Source: an uncultured Gemmatimonadales bacterium | GTDB lineage: Bacteria > Gemmatimonadota > Gemmatimonadetes > Gemmatimonadales > Gemmatimonadaceae | Reading direction: 5' to 3' | DNA: 64,000 bases | Assembly (NCBI GenBank): GCA_963707505.1 | Contig: CAVPQB010000003.1 | Location: forward strand, 736,001 to 800,000 | Part shown: piece after piece, positions 52,878 through 63,410 of the stretch | Position numbering within the stretch: the stretch's first letter is position 1 | Layout of the letters: each line of letters opens with the position of its first letter | The notes under the pieces: model-generated | Seen by the model: only the letters and a program-made list of their open reading frames with translations | Databases searched by the model: none | Told to the model about the DNA's origin: nothing | Program-made: the position numbers and the translations under genes

Positions 52878-54346
52878 GTGTCCCAGCTTCCAGAAACATT
52901 TGGTGCCCTGAAGCGATCGGCCTACGCCGCGCCGGGCATGGTGAACCGGACGGTGAAGGACGAGCTGCGCAGCAACCTGCTGGACCGGCTCGCCAAGGGG
53001 GGCAGCTGTTTCATGGCGTCCTCGGATACGAGGACACCGTCATGCCACAGATCGCCAACGCTGTCCTGAGCAGACACAACTTCATTCTTCTCGGGCTTCG
53101 CGGGCAGGCCAAATCACGGATACTCCGGGCGCTGACGACACTGCTGGACGAGGTGGTACCAATTGTCGCGGGCAGCGAGGTGAACGACGACCCATTTCAC
53201 CCGATATCCAAGTACGCGCGGCTCCTGATCAACGAGGCCGGCGACGACACGCCGATTGCATGGGCCGATCGTGACAGCCGTTACGTCGAGAAACTCGCGA
53301 CACCGGACGTCACCATTGCCGATATCATCGGAGATGTGGATCCCATCAAGGCGGCTCGCGGAGGTCATCTCCTCTCCGACGAGTTGACGATCCACTACGG
53401 CATGCTGCCGCGCGCCAATCGGGGGATCTTCGCGCTCAACGAGCTGCCGGATCTCTCGGGCAAGGTGCAGGTCGGGCTGTTCAACATCATGCAGGAAGGC
53501 GACGTTCAGATCAAAGGCTATCCTGTGCGGCTGCCGCTCGATCTGTTGCTGGTGTTCTCCGCCAACCCCGAGGATTACACGGCGCGCGGCAAGATAATCA
53601 CACCGCTCAAGGACAGAATTGGGAGTGAGATAGTTACGCACTATCCCGAAACGGTCGAGATCGGAATGGCAATCACGCGTCAGGAGGCGTGGGCGGACCG
53701 CGGGGTGATGCAGGTGCGCGTTCCGGATTTCATGGAGGAAGTGATCGAGCGCATCGCGTTCGAGGCGCGCACGGACAAGCGCATAGACCGTCGCTCTGGC
53801 GTGTCTCAGCGCATGCCGATCACGGTTCTCGAAAATGTGATATCGAACGCCGAACGACGCTCGGTGGAGACTGGCGAATCGGAGGCGGTGCCGAGGATCG
53901 CGGACGTGTATTCGGCGTTGCCCGCCATTACCGGCAAGATCGAGCTGGAATACGAGGGTGAGATCGTCGGTGGCCCGACGATTGCCCGGGAGCTGATCCG
54001 GCGTGCTGCCGATGCGACATTCCGCGAGCGCGCCGGTCTCGTCGATACTGACGAGATCGTCATGTGGTTCGATGCCGGCGGAGCACTTCAGGTATCCGAT
54101 GACGTGTCCGCGACGTCGGTTGTGAAGGGTTTCGAGAGCGTGCCGACGCTGATCGATACGGTCGAGGAAGCCGGGCTGGCTCGCCGGTCGGACATTCCAC
54201 TCGTCGCCGCTGCGTGCGAGCTGGTGCTCGAGGCACTGGTGGCCAGGCGCAAGATCTCGCGCTCTGACGAGGGACGTTATGGACGTGCGGTGAACGAGAA
54301 GCGCCGGCGTCCGGGCGAGGATTATTTCGGCGGACTTTCAGCATAG
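52878..54346 (+). CDS. Mg-chelatase/MoxR-like AAA+ ATPase (apparent frameshift in the G6 run 52997-53002)
   Basis: GVLGYEDTVMPQI, LGLRGQAKSR, EKLATPD, NRGIFALNELPDL, ANPEDYT, DRIGS. Confidence 0.82.
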
Positions 54347-54384
54347 CCTTTCAGCCCAGCCCTTCAGCCTAGCGAGGTTTCCGT

Positions 54385-55014
54385 ATGCCGATCATCACTG
54401 TCTCGCGCATGTACTGCTCGGGTGGCTCGAACGTCGCCGCGCGCGTGGCGGACGCGATGGGATGGTCGCTGCTGGACAACTCCGTGATCGACGAGGTCGC
54501 GGCCCGTACTGGGTTGAGCGTGTCGGAGGTCGCAGCACGTGAGGAGCGCCGTCCGTCGTTGGCGGAGCGGGTCGCCACGGCGATGGCGATGAGCACTCAG
54601 GAGATGATGTCCCCCATCGCCTCGGCTCAGCTGCCGCCGACTGAGCAACGGCTGCTGGACGTGACTCGTACGGTGATCGAGGAGGCTGCGAGCCGCGACT
54701 CGGTGGTCATCGTCGGTCGTGGCGCGCAGATGATGCTCGGGTCACGCAGTGACGTCTTCGGAGTATTCTGCTACGGCCCCCGGGAGGCGCTTGCACGCCG
54801 CTGCATGCAGCGGGACGGCCTGGACCATCCCCACGCGGAGAAACGCGTGCTACAGGTCAATCAGGAACGCGCAGCGTGGGTCAAGTCGAACTGGGGACGC
54901 GACTGGAGCGAGGTGGACAACTACCATCTCTGCGTCAACACCGATGCGCTGGGCGTGGACGGCGCGGCGGATGCGATCGTGAGAGCGGCGCGCGTGTACT
55001 TCGAGCGGGGATGA
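54385..55014 (+). CDS. Cytidylate kinase-like family protein
   Basis: IITVSR.Y.SGG, VIVGRGAQ, YHLCVNT. Confidence 0.8.
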   Translation: MPIITVSRMYCSGGSNVAARVADAMGWSLLDNSVIDEVAARTGLSVSEVAAREERRPSLAERVATAMAMSTQEMMSPIASAQLPPTEQRLLDVTRTVIEEAASRDSVVIVGRGAQMMLGSRSDVFGVFCYGPREALARRCMQRDGLDHPHAEKRVLQVNQERAAWVKSNWGRDWSEVDNYHLCVNTDALGVDGAADAIVRAARVYFERG

Positions 55015-55061
55015 GGGTAGAGAGTCGCGGGCAGCGTTCGCGGGAATGACGAGTCCGCGCC

Positions 55062-55823
55062 CTACTCGTACAACGTGTCCATGTCAGTTGCGGCCAGCTC
55101 GATGAGAAAACCTGATATCCGGGCGACCACGGCCTCGAAAAACCGTGCTCCGCGCTCCGGAGTCGCATGAGCGGGATTGCCGGTTCCGGTGTCTTTCGAG
55201 ACACGAGTCCACGGGCGCGGAGCCCAGACCCAGCGCTCGCGCAGTCCTGCAATCGAGGGCCTTCTCTGACTCCCGTCACCGGCCTCGGAGAGCGGTAACA
55301 CCAGATCCGGCGCGATGTGCTGCATCACACTCGTTTCGAGCTCGCCGGCGTGATCGCCCGGCTCGTCGAAATACGGTGCCGGATCGACGCACGTGTACCA
55401 GTTGAGCGAGCAGAGGAAGACGCTGGTTTTGGGCTGCAGCTCGCGGATCATCTGCTTGAAGTCGTTGCCGCCATGTCCGTTGAGAACGACGAGCTTGTGT
55501 ATCCCCTGCCCTTCCAGCGCACTCACGAGATCGCCCAGCAACGCGGCCTGGGTGCTCGGATTCATGTTGAGGCAGAGCTCGATGTCGAGCTGCCCTGTGT
55601 TGACGCCGAACGGGACTGTCGGCAGTACGACGACTTTCGCGCCGGCTTCCCACGCACGCCGCGCCGACTCGGCCGCGACTGCATCACACTCCATTACGTC
55701 GGTGGAGTATGGCAGATGATAGTTATGGGCTTCGGTCGCGCCCCACGGGAGTATTGCAACATCGTACTCGGTGGAGGACACGGTCTTCCAGTTGGTCTCG
55801 GCGAGGATGTAGGGACGGGGCAT
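55062..55823 (-). CDS. Creatininase family amidohydrolase
   Basis: PWGATEAHNYHLPYSTD, NGHGGN, HAGELETS. Confidence 0.9.
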   Translation of the reverse strand: MPRPYILAETNWKTVSSTEYDVAILPWGATEAHNYHLPYSTDVMECDAVAAESARRAWEAGAKVVVLPTVPFGVNTGQLDIELCLNMNPSTQAALLGDLVSALEGQGIHKLVVLNGHGGNDFKQMIRELQPKTSVFLCSLNWYTCVDPAPYFDEPGDHAGELETSVMQHIAPDLVLPLSEAGDGSQRRPSIAGLRERWVWAPRPWTRVSKDTGTGNPAHATPERGARFFEAVVARISGFLIELAATDMDTLYE

Positions 55824-55854
55824 TCTGGAAGTTATACGCGATACAGAGGATGCT

Positions 55855-56926
55855 CTAGCAGGAGTGGCCAGCGTCGCGAGTGACACCCGTGACGTGAGCA
55901 ACAAAGCCATCGACCTCGTCCTCACTGGTCTGGAACGAACACACCAGCCTCAGCTCCGACGTTGCTTCGTTCCAGACGTGCAGTGATGCGGCCTGGCTCA
56001 ACGGCGCAATCGTGCGCTCGGGGACTATAACAAATACTTCGTTCGCCTCGACCTTCTGCGTGACAGTAACGCCCGGAATCGACGCCAACCCGTCGCTCAG
56101 GCGCCGAGCCATCGCGTTCGCGTGGCGAGCATTACGAAGCCACAGATCGTTTGTGAGGAGCGCGGTGAACTGCACCGACATGTAGCGCAGCTTGGATGCA
56201 AGCTGCATCGCCTGCTTGCGCCGCAGAACGAAATCACGCGCGAGATGCTCGTTCATGAATATGACCGCCTCGGCGCAGAATGCACCGTTCTTCGTTCCAC
56301 CGAACGAGAGCACATCAACACCGCATCCGGTCGATACCTCGCGCAGCGAGAGACCGAGCGACGCTGCGGCGTTCGCGATGCGTGCACCATCCATATGCAC
56401 GTACATTCCGTGCTCATGAGCGACGTGAGAAATCGCGCTCACTTCCTCCGGTCTGTAAATAGTTCCGTACTCCGTGGCCTGTGTCAGTGACACGACGCCC
56501 GGCCTCGCTCCCGCATGTCCGTCCTGCTGCGGAATCGCCGCAGCGACACCTGTCGGCGGTGATCTTTCCATCGGGCGCATGAATCGGGATAATCCTGGAT
56601 CCCGTCATGCGCTCCACCGCTCCCCACTCGCTGGTCTGAATGTGAGCAGTATCGCTGCACAGTATCGCTTCATACGGACGTATGCAGCTCTCGATGGAGA
56701 GCACGTTCGCGCCGGTTCCGGTGAACACGAAAAACGGCTGCGCCGTCGCACCGAACTCCCGCCTGATCAGTGCCTCGGCTTCCTGAGTATATGGATCGCC
56801 GCCATACGATGGCACGGGACCGTTGTTGGCGCGAACCACGGCGTCCATGACGTCGGGATGCGCGGGCGCCCAGTTGTCGCTGGCGAAGTTGGGGAGTGGT
56901 TTGGGAAGTGTTGTCGTTTCTTGCAT
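55855..56926 (-). CDS. ltaE: Low-specificity L-threonine aldolase (one apparent frameshift, ~56553)
   Basis: FASDN, TGTGAN, TQATEYGTIY, HMDGARIANA, SFGGTKNG. Confidence 0.8.
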
Positions 56927-56963
56927 GGGTGAAGTGTGGGCTATCCCAATGCGAGCGTCAAGT

Positions 56964-59900
56964 TCAATGGAAATCGTGCGATCCGTACACCAGCTGTTCG
57001 ACTTCCAACTCCCTGAATCTGCGTCCCACGACATTGGTGACTCCACCGTCCCGCTCGAACCATCCCTCGACCACGATGAAGCGGGCGTACTTCACGATGT
57101 CGTTGTAGCGCTCCACGAGCTTGGGTGAAACGATCACGTTGACGAAACCCCATTCGTCCTCGAGCAGGATGAAGATCGTGCCCTTTGCACTGGCAGGCCT
57201 CTGACGCACGGTTACGAGACCCGCGATCACGACACGCTGTCCATCGCGCAAATCCTGCATGTCACGGCTTGCAACGACGCCAGCCTCGCAGAGACGCTCG
57301 CGCACGTGCTCCATGGGATGACCTGTCACGCATATCCCCGTAGCCTGATAGTCCAGGAATATCAGCTCCCGCTCGTCGAGCTCCCGAGGGTCATAGCGAA
57401 AGCGATGCGCGGGCGCCAGCGGAAGATTGTCGCCGACCGCACGCAATGCCTCCCACGCCGCGCGCCTGCGATCCGGCTCCCAGGCGCCGAACGCTGCAGC
57501 GCGCGCAAGCTGCAAGGATTCAGCGCGCGTGAGACCAACTCGCTCCACGACGTCAGCGATGGAGGTGAACGGCAGGAAGTCCTGAGCCTCGCTCAGCCTG
57601 TCGAGCGTGCGATCTCCAACACCTCGAATGTGCCGCCAGCCGATGCGCAGTGCCGGTTGCTCCGACGCCGTTTCCTCCGTGGTGCATATCCGCCTTCCGT
57701 CGCGCAGGCAGGGCGGCCTCACTTCCACGCCGCGCCTGCGTGCTTCGTGAATTATGGTCGCGTTGGGATAGAATCCCATCGGCTGCGCGTTCAGAAGACC
57801 GAGGTAGAAGTCGGTTGGGTAGTGACACTTGAGATACGCGGTTGCATACGCAATGAGCGCAAAGCTCCACGCGTGCGATTCCGGAAATCCATAATTCGCG
57901 AACGTCGACAGGTCGCGGCTGATCTGCTCCGCGACCTCACGCGATACCGGCGGATCCGGGGCGGGATTGTTCACCATGCGCTCCGTCAGCTCGACGAGCA
58001 CAGTCTCCAATCTTGTCTTCTTGCGAATGTTTCCCATCGTGCGGCGCAGACGATCGGCTTCGGGCGGAGTGAACCCTCCAAGCACCGACGAAATCGCCAT
58101 CGCCTGCTCCTGGAAGATCGGAATTCCATACGTCCTGCGAGGATCGGCTCCAGAGCAGGATGCGCGTAGCTCGGCGTTTCGAGTCCGCGGCGTCGACGCG
58201 TGTACGGATGCACGAATTCCCCTGGATCGGACCAGGACGAATCAGCGATACCTGCACGACGATGTCGTACATGGTCTGCGGACGCGTATTGAGAATCGAC
58301 GCGATCTGCGCCCTGCTCTCGATCTGAAAGGTGCCGATCGTCTCGCCGATCGAGATCATGTCGTACGTCGGCGCGTCGTCCTGCGGCAGCTCGTACAACT
58401 CGAGCCGCTTGCCGGTCCGCATCTCGATCGAATCGAATGCACGCCGCACCAGAGCGAGCGCGCCCAGGCCGAGGAAATCGAACTTCGGACTGCCGATGTA
58501 ATCGAGATCGTCCTTGTCGAACTGAATGATCGTGCGTCCCATGGTCGTATGCTCGATCGGCAGGTAGTCGCCGAGCAGATCGCCGGAAAGCACGAAACCG
58601 CCCACGTGAGTCGAGCGCATGCGCGGCAGTCCTTCGAAGGCCGACATCGCTGTCAGAATCGCGCGTCCTCGCGGGCCAGTCAGATCGACACCGAACTGTG
58701 CGGCGAGTGCGTTCTGAACCTTTGTCGCTCCCGCCTCGGGGTCGAAGCGATGCAGGCGCTTCGACAGCTCGAGCCCAAGCTCGACAGGATATCCCAGCGC
58801 GCGCATTGCGTCGAGTATCGCGTTGGGTGCGCGATACGTCTGAACCGTGCAGGTGATCGCGGAATGCTCGCGATGATACTTGCCGTACACATAGTTGAGC
58901 ACTTCTTCGCGCCGGTCGTGCTCGATGTCGACATCTATGTCGGGCGCTTCGGTATATTCGCCACTGGGCCCTGGAACCCGCGCTTCGGAAAGGAATCGCT
59001 CGAACAACAGACCATTCAGAATCGGATCTACCGCAGTCACGCCAAGACAGTACGCGACCGCGGAGTTTGCCGCACTTCCGCGGCCCTGGCAGAGGATGTT
59101 CCGGCTGCGCGCAAAACGTACGGCATCCCACATCACGAGAAAGAAGCCGGCAAAGCCAAGCCTGCGGATCACTCCCAGCTCGTGGTCCAACTGCGCGCAC
59201 TGCCTGTCGCTCAGTGTCGCGCCCCAACGTATCGTTGCGCCTTCGTACACCTTGACTCGCAGATACTCGTCTGCATCTGCGTCATCAGGAATCGGGAACG
59301 CCGGCAATGGTGGCCTGAGCCAGCGCACCGAGAAATCACACTCCGAGGCGATGCGCTCGCTCTCCTCGATTCCGTCTTCCAGTCCGGTCCACATCTCGAG
59401 CATCGTGTCGGGCGATTTGAGATGCCATTCACCATTCGGATGCAGCAAGCCGCGCTCTGCGGCGCGATCGAGATCGAGACCTGCACGCAACGCGGTGAGC
59501 ATGTCATGAATGAGCCTGCTGTTGTCACCCAGATAGCGCGGGTCGTTGCAGACTACCCATGGAGTCGCTGCCCTCGTTGCAAGATCCACGAGCGCGCCGG
59601 CGAGTGCACTCTCGTCACCGCATCCACGATGGCGTTGCACCTCTACCGCGATTCTGCCGCTGAAAGCTTCCCGCCACTCGTGAAGTGCCCGTTCGGCTTC
59701 ATCCCTCCGACCCTCACGTACGAGATGCGCAAGCGTGCCAGACGCCGGCCCTGTCAACAGATGCAATCCCTCCGCATGATCTGCCACATATGACCACGGC
59801 ACACTTGGTGCCCCGCGCTTGCGCTGCCGGTTGGTCGGCGACCAGCTCTCTATCGATCCGACTCGCGCGTGAGTAATGAGTGATGCGAGCTTGCGACAGC

Positions 59901-60147
59901 CATCGATGTCGCGGGCAAGAAACGCCATCGGTCTTCCATCGACGCGCAGCTCAGTGCCGACGATGAGCCTGATCCCATGTTCATCGGCGGCGACTTTTGC
60001 ACGCACCACGCCTCCAAGGTCCGCCGTGTCGGTGATGCCTATCGCCTGGTATCCGAGCCTGGCCGCACGCGATACCAGTGCCTCTGGCGTGACCGCTCCA
60101 TCGCCGAACGAGAACGCGGTATGTGCACGCAGCTCCACGTAAGGCAT
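56964..60147 (-). CDS. dnaE2: Error-prone DNA polymerase DnaE2/ImuC (two apparent frameshifts, ~58220 and ~58135)
   Basis: PHP (HTAFSF.DG), GRGSAANS, LLFERF, PDIDVD, FQIESRAQ, YGFPESHA, QPMGFY, OB fold RQRPASAKG, C-terminal SHDFH (SRDFH-like). Confidence 0.9.
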
Positions 60148-61451
60148 CAATCCCACCAGCCGTGCAGATACCATGCGCCACTGCGCCTGTCGCAATACAA
60201 CCAGACCAGTCCACTCTCCTCGACGACGCAGCGGAAATAGTCACGCGCGTAAGCATCGTCCCAGCGGCCGCCTGATACGCGGTCGGGGCCGGCCGCCTCG
60301 ACTATATCGTACGTCCTTCCTTCATCGCGATACGTACGCGGAATCTCATCGCCGCGCCGCCTGAACGTCGCAACCGCAATGCGTCGCGGCTCGGGCAGGA
60401 GCTGAAGCGTGAGCGCCGACTCGCCACTGCGTGACAGGGACGCCGCATAAACGTGTGCTCGCTCCATCACGCGCGTGGCCGACACCGACGTCCACGCAGT
60501 GCGGCGGTCCAGCAACGGATGCACGCTGTTCTCCGGCTCGACAGCAACAGCGCCCTGATCATCCATCAGCTGTCCCAGCGCTTCCTCTGCGGCCGATTCA
60601 CTACCGAAGCCGCGATCGAAAACATCGCCCTGCCGTCCTCCGGTTCCCGACGTCGAGTCCACGCGCAGCGTGATGCCGGTCACTGCATCGGGGAACACGA
60701 CGCGCTCGATCTCCAGACGAACAAGACGCATCCACGCAGTCTGACCCGCGGTTGCACGTGCAGCGCGTATCGGATGATCGATCGTCGTACGGTTCGCGAG
60801 CGCGAAGCTGATCGTCACCGCGACCGCTCCCTCACCGCGCGACTTGAGCGCCTCGCACACGTTGCCGAACAGCGCATTGATGACGAACACCAGACGCTCG
60901 GCGCGACGTATCGCGTAATCGGTCCATTCGAGCGAGGCTTCTGGCAACGCACGCGGCATCGATCCGAAGATGCGGCGCATGTCATCAGCGCGCGCACGTC
61001 GCCAGAGCCGCACTCCCTCGGCGCCGAGCCGGACTTCGACTTCTTCCTGGGAGAGACGCGCAAGATCGCGGCACAGCTCGATGCCGGTTCCATCCAGCAG
61101 ATTGGCGAGCTTGCGATCGGGATTGAGGACCGAGATGGAAAACGGAGCGAGAAAATCGCGGTCGTATCCATCGCGCACGTACGTGACCGTTTGCGGTGAA
61201 TGGCGAGCCGCCACTTCTGCGGCAACCGCTGTCGATGCGACTCCGCACTTCACGCTGCTGTATATCGCATTGTGCGCTGTGAATGCGTTGCGCACGCGCT
61301 CAGTCGTCTCGCGCACCGGCAATCCGCGCAGATCGGCCCACACGAGATCGCCATCGGACAGCACGCGTGGCACGATCGTGAGGAGCGGCGCGTGCAGTGT
61401 GGCCGGTTGTGACGCGAGCCACGCGAGGTTGTGCAGGCAGAGGAATGACAT
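60147..61451 (-). CDS. imuB: ImuB, Y-family polymerase-like mutasome scaffold
   Basis: FLAPFSI..L, GPDRVSGGRW, RDYF, WYLHGWWD C-terminus; TGATG overlap with dnaE2. Confidence 0.82.
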   Translation of the reverse strand: MSFLCLHNLAWLASQPATLHAPLLTIVPRVLSDGDLVWADLRGLPVRETTERVRNAFTAHNAIYSSVKCGVASTAVAAEVAARHSPQTVTYVRDGYDRDFLAPFSISVLNPDRKLANLLDGTGIELCRDLARLSQEEVEVRLGAEGVRLWRRARADDMRRIFGSMPRALPEASLEWTDYAIRRAERLVFVINALFGNVCEALKSRGEGAVAVTISFALANRTTIDHPIRAARATAGQTAWMRLVRLEIERVVFPDAVTGITLRVDSTSGTGGRQGDVFDRGFGSESAAEEALGQLMDDQGAVAVEPENSVHPLLDRRTAWTSVSATRVMERAHVYAASLSRSGESALTLQLLPEPRRIAVATFRRRGDEIPRTYRDEGRTYDIVEAAGPDRVSGGRWDDAYARDYFRCVVEESGLVWLYCDRRSGAWYLHGWWD

Positions 61452-61488
61452 TGACAGATATCCTATATGGTCATATTATTATGACCAT
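61451..61488 (+). promoter_or_regulatory. TA operon promoter TTGACA-N17-TATTAT with operator palindrome ATGGTCATA-N4-TATGACCAT
   Basis: TTGACA 61451-61456, TATTAT 61474-61479, palindrome 61467-61488. Confidence 0.75.
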
Positions 61489-61506
61489 GGACATATCGAG
61501 GTGACC

Positions 61507-61833
61507 ATGCCTGCCAGAAAGAACAGAACGACTGCTGCCAAACCAGCAAAGACGAGAGCGAAGCGCGTTACAGAGACAGCAGTGCATCCTTATGGAACGC
61601 AGGACGAGACGTGGATCTCCGCGAGTGAATTCAAGGCGCGATGTCTGGAGCTCATGGATAGCGTGCATGACAGACACGATCCAATCGTCATCACCAAGCA
61701 CGGAGTACCCGTCGCGAAGCTCGTTCCGTTCGAAGAAAAGCGTGTCGGACTGGTCGGCTCCATGCGTGGCACAGTGCTGTCGTATGGCGACCTCATATCG
61801 CCTATCGATGTGAAATGGGATGCCGATGAGTAA
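61507..61833 (+). CDS. Phd/YefM family antitoxin
   Basis: ISASEFKARCLELMD.V...IVITKHGVPVAKLVP; GAGG RBS. Confidence 0.88.
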   Translation: MPARKNRTTAAKPAKTRAKRVTETAVHPYGTQDETWISASEFKARCLELMDSVHDRHDPIVITKHGVPVAKLVPFEEKRVGLVGSMRGTVLSYGDLISPIDVKWDADE

Positions 61834-62266
61834 GGCGGCCGATCTGCCACTGTTGCTGGATACCCATGTATGGATATGGGCGGCGGAGCAGCGAGAGGAT
61901 GAGCTTTCATCACGAGTACTCAAGCTCATCGACTCTGCGAGCCAGCGTGGCTCCGTGCTCATATCAGCAATTTCCATGTGGGAGATCGCGATGCTCGCGG
62001 AGCGGGGTCGGATCGTCCTGTCCGTGGATTCGCTGCAATGGATCGAGACGGCCGCAAGTGTTCCAGGCGTACGGGTCGTCGAGCTCACGCCACGCATTGC
62101 TGTAGGGAGCACTCATCTGCCGGGTAACCCGCACGCTGATCCAGCCGATCGCATTCTGATGGCGACGGCCCGTGACGCTGGTGCACGGCTTGTGACACGC
62201 GACAGGCGTATTCTGCAGTACGCGGAATCCACACGCGCACTTGCTGTGCTGGACGCTGGTGGATGA
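61820..62266 (+). CDS. vapC: VapC/PIN-domain toxin
   Basis: LLLDTHVWIW, SAISMWEI, HADPADRIL, LVTRD. Confidence 0.9.
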   Translation: MPMSKAADLPLLLDTHVWIWAAEQREDELSSRVLKLIDSASQRGSVLISAISMWEIAMLAERGRIVLSVDSLQWIETAASVPGVRVVELTPRIAVGSTHLPGNPHADPADRILMATARDAGARLVTRDRRILQYAESTRALAVLDAGG

Positions 62267-62276
62267 ATGACCCGCT

Positions 62277-62465
62277 GTGGGCGACGCATGTCGGCGACGC
62301 ATGTTGGGGCGACGCATGTTGGGGCGACGCATGTTGGGGCGACGCATGTTGGGGCGACGCATGTTGGGGCGACGCATGTTGGGGCGACGCATGTTGGGGC
62401 GACGCATGTTGGGGCGACGCATGTTGGGGCGACGCATGTTGGGGCGACGCATGCGTCGCCCCTAC
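62277..62465. repeat. Tandem array of 10 exact 15-bp units GGCGACGCATGTTGG, ending in the REP-like palindrome GGGGCGACGCATGCGTCGCCCC-TAC
   Basis: Exact units 62293-62442, one degenerate unit upstream, perfect 22-bp palindrome 62441-62462. Confidence 0.95.
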
Positions 62466-62477
62466 GGATCGATAACG

Positions 62478-62503
62478 TGGATTCCCGCTTTCGCGGGGAT
62501 GAC
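62478..62503. repeat. REP/RPE-like palindromic element TGGATTCCCGCTTTCGCGGGGATGAC
   Basis: ATTCCCGC-tttc-GCGGGGAT hairpin, reads WIPAFAGMT; a half-copy TTCGCGGGAATGAC lies at 55037-55050. Confidence 0.65.
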
Positions 62504-62516
62504 GGCGCTGATGTCA

Positions 62517-63212
62517 TCACTGCTTCCCACGCCGGTCCGGTAGATCCACCGACAATGCCAGCCGCAGCTCATCTCTCTGCACCGCCAGCACGACACGTGC
62601 TCTACGGTTCCATCCAAGCGACGATATTCGCACGTCCAGTGTCGCTGCATCTACAACTGCCGCATCACCGTGCGGGTCTCTGCGCCACACGTAGCCATGC
62701 GGGCGAATCGTCGATGATGCGCGCAACGCCGATGTAGTCGCGCTCGAGGTGAGTGCGATGCACGCGCTGCCGCTCTCGTGCGCCGCGCGTGAGAGTCGCA
62801 CGTTCTCGGTTCCTTCCGGATCGGCGCCTGCCAACACTACCACTGCGAATCCACCCGATCGCAACAGAGCTTCCGCTGCACGCAGGGCGTGAAGCCGGCT
62901 CCTGGGGCGTAGCAGCACGGGTCCCGCATCCCAGAAGGCGCCCGCCACGGTGCCGCTGCCATCGATCCACACGGCCCGCTCGCCTCCGGCCACGGCTGAG
63001 CGGCACGCCGAGCGCAGGACGGCTGTGGCGCCACCACCGGGAGCCCAGACGGACAGCCGTCCGCGCGGAAACCCTCCGCTCGGAAAGATCCGATCCAGCT
63101 CGCCGATCCCGGTTGCAACAACCTCGGTCCGGTGACGCTGAAGTGGTGCAGCGTCCGGAAATTTGAGATCGAGCAACTCACGTAGATCACGTAATGCGGA
63201 TGCGGTGGCCAT
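62517..63212 (-). CDS. imuA: ImuA, RecA-like mutasome accessory protein
   Basis: [42 protein letters not shown]; upstream of and co-oriented with imuB-dnaE2. Confidence 0.78.
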   Translation of the reverse strand: MATASALRDLRELLDLKFPDAAPLQRHRTEVVATGIGELDRIFPSGGFPRGRLSVWAPGGGATAVLRSACRSAVAGGERAVWIDGSGTVAGAFWDAGPVLLRPRSRLHALRAAEALLRSGGFAVVVLAGADPEGTENVRLSRAAHESGSACIALTSSATTSALRASSTIRPHGYVWRRDPHGDAAVVDAATLDVRISSLGWNRRARVVLAVQRDELRLALSVDLPDRRGKQ

Positions 63213-63256
63213 ATCCTCGACTACAGATGTTTACCGAAAGTGATGCCTGGGAGGCT

Positions 63257-63285
63257 AGAATATACCGAACAAACACCGAACGCAA
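63257..63285 (-). promoter_or_regulatory. Putative imuA promoter TTGCGT-N17-TATTCT with SOS-like direct repeat GTTC-N7-GTTC (TTCGG-N6-TTCGG)
   Basis: Minus strand reads TTGCG TTCGG TGTTTG TTCGG TA TATTCT; extra TTTCGGTA half-site at 63232-63239. Confidence 0.7.
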
Positions 63286-63410
63286 GACTCAGTCCGGCGG
63301 CACCCAAGGGTCAAGGAAACGGATCGGATCTACCTGCTGGAGACGTGGCCGGGCGCTAAGTTGATGACTGGCCGTACGCAACAGCCTCGGATCTGGCGAC
63401 CAACACACGA

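Noticed and set aside
57967..59793. 608-aa plus-strand ORF
   Set aside because: Antisense shadow of dnaE2, common at high GC
62277..62465. CRISPR array, or repeat-protein ORFs (GDACW)n / (ATHVG)n / (MRRPN)n
   Set aside because: The 15-bp units are contiguous with no spacers and there are no cas genes; all frames are open simply because the unit has no stop codon
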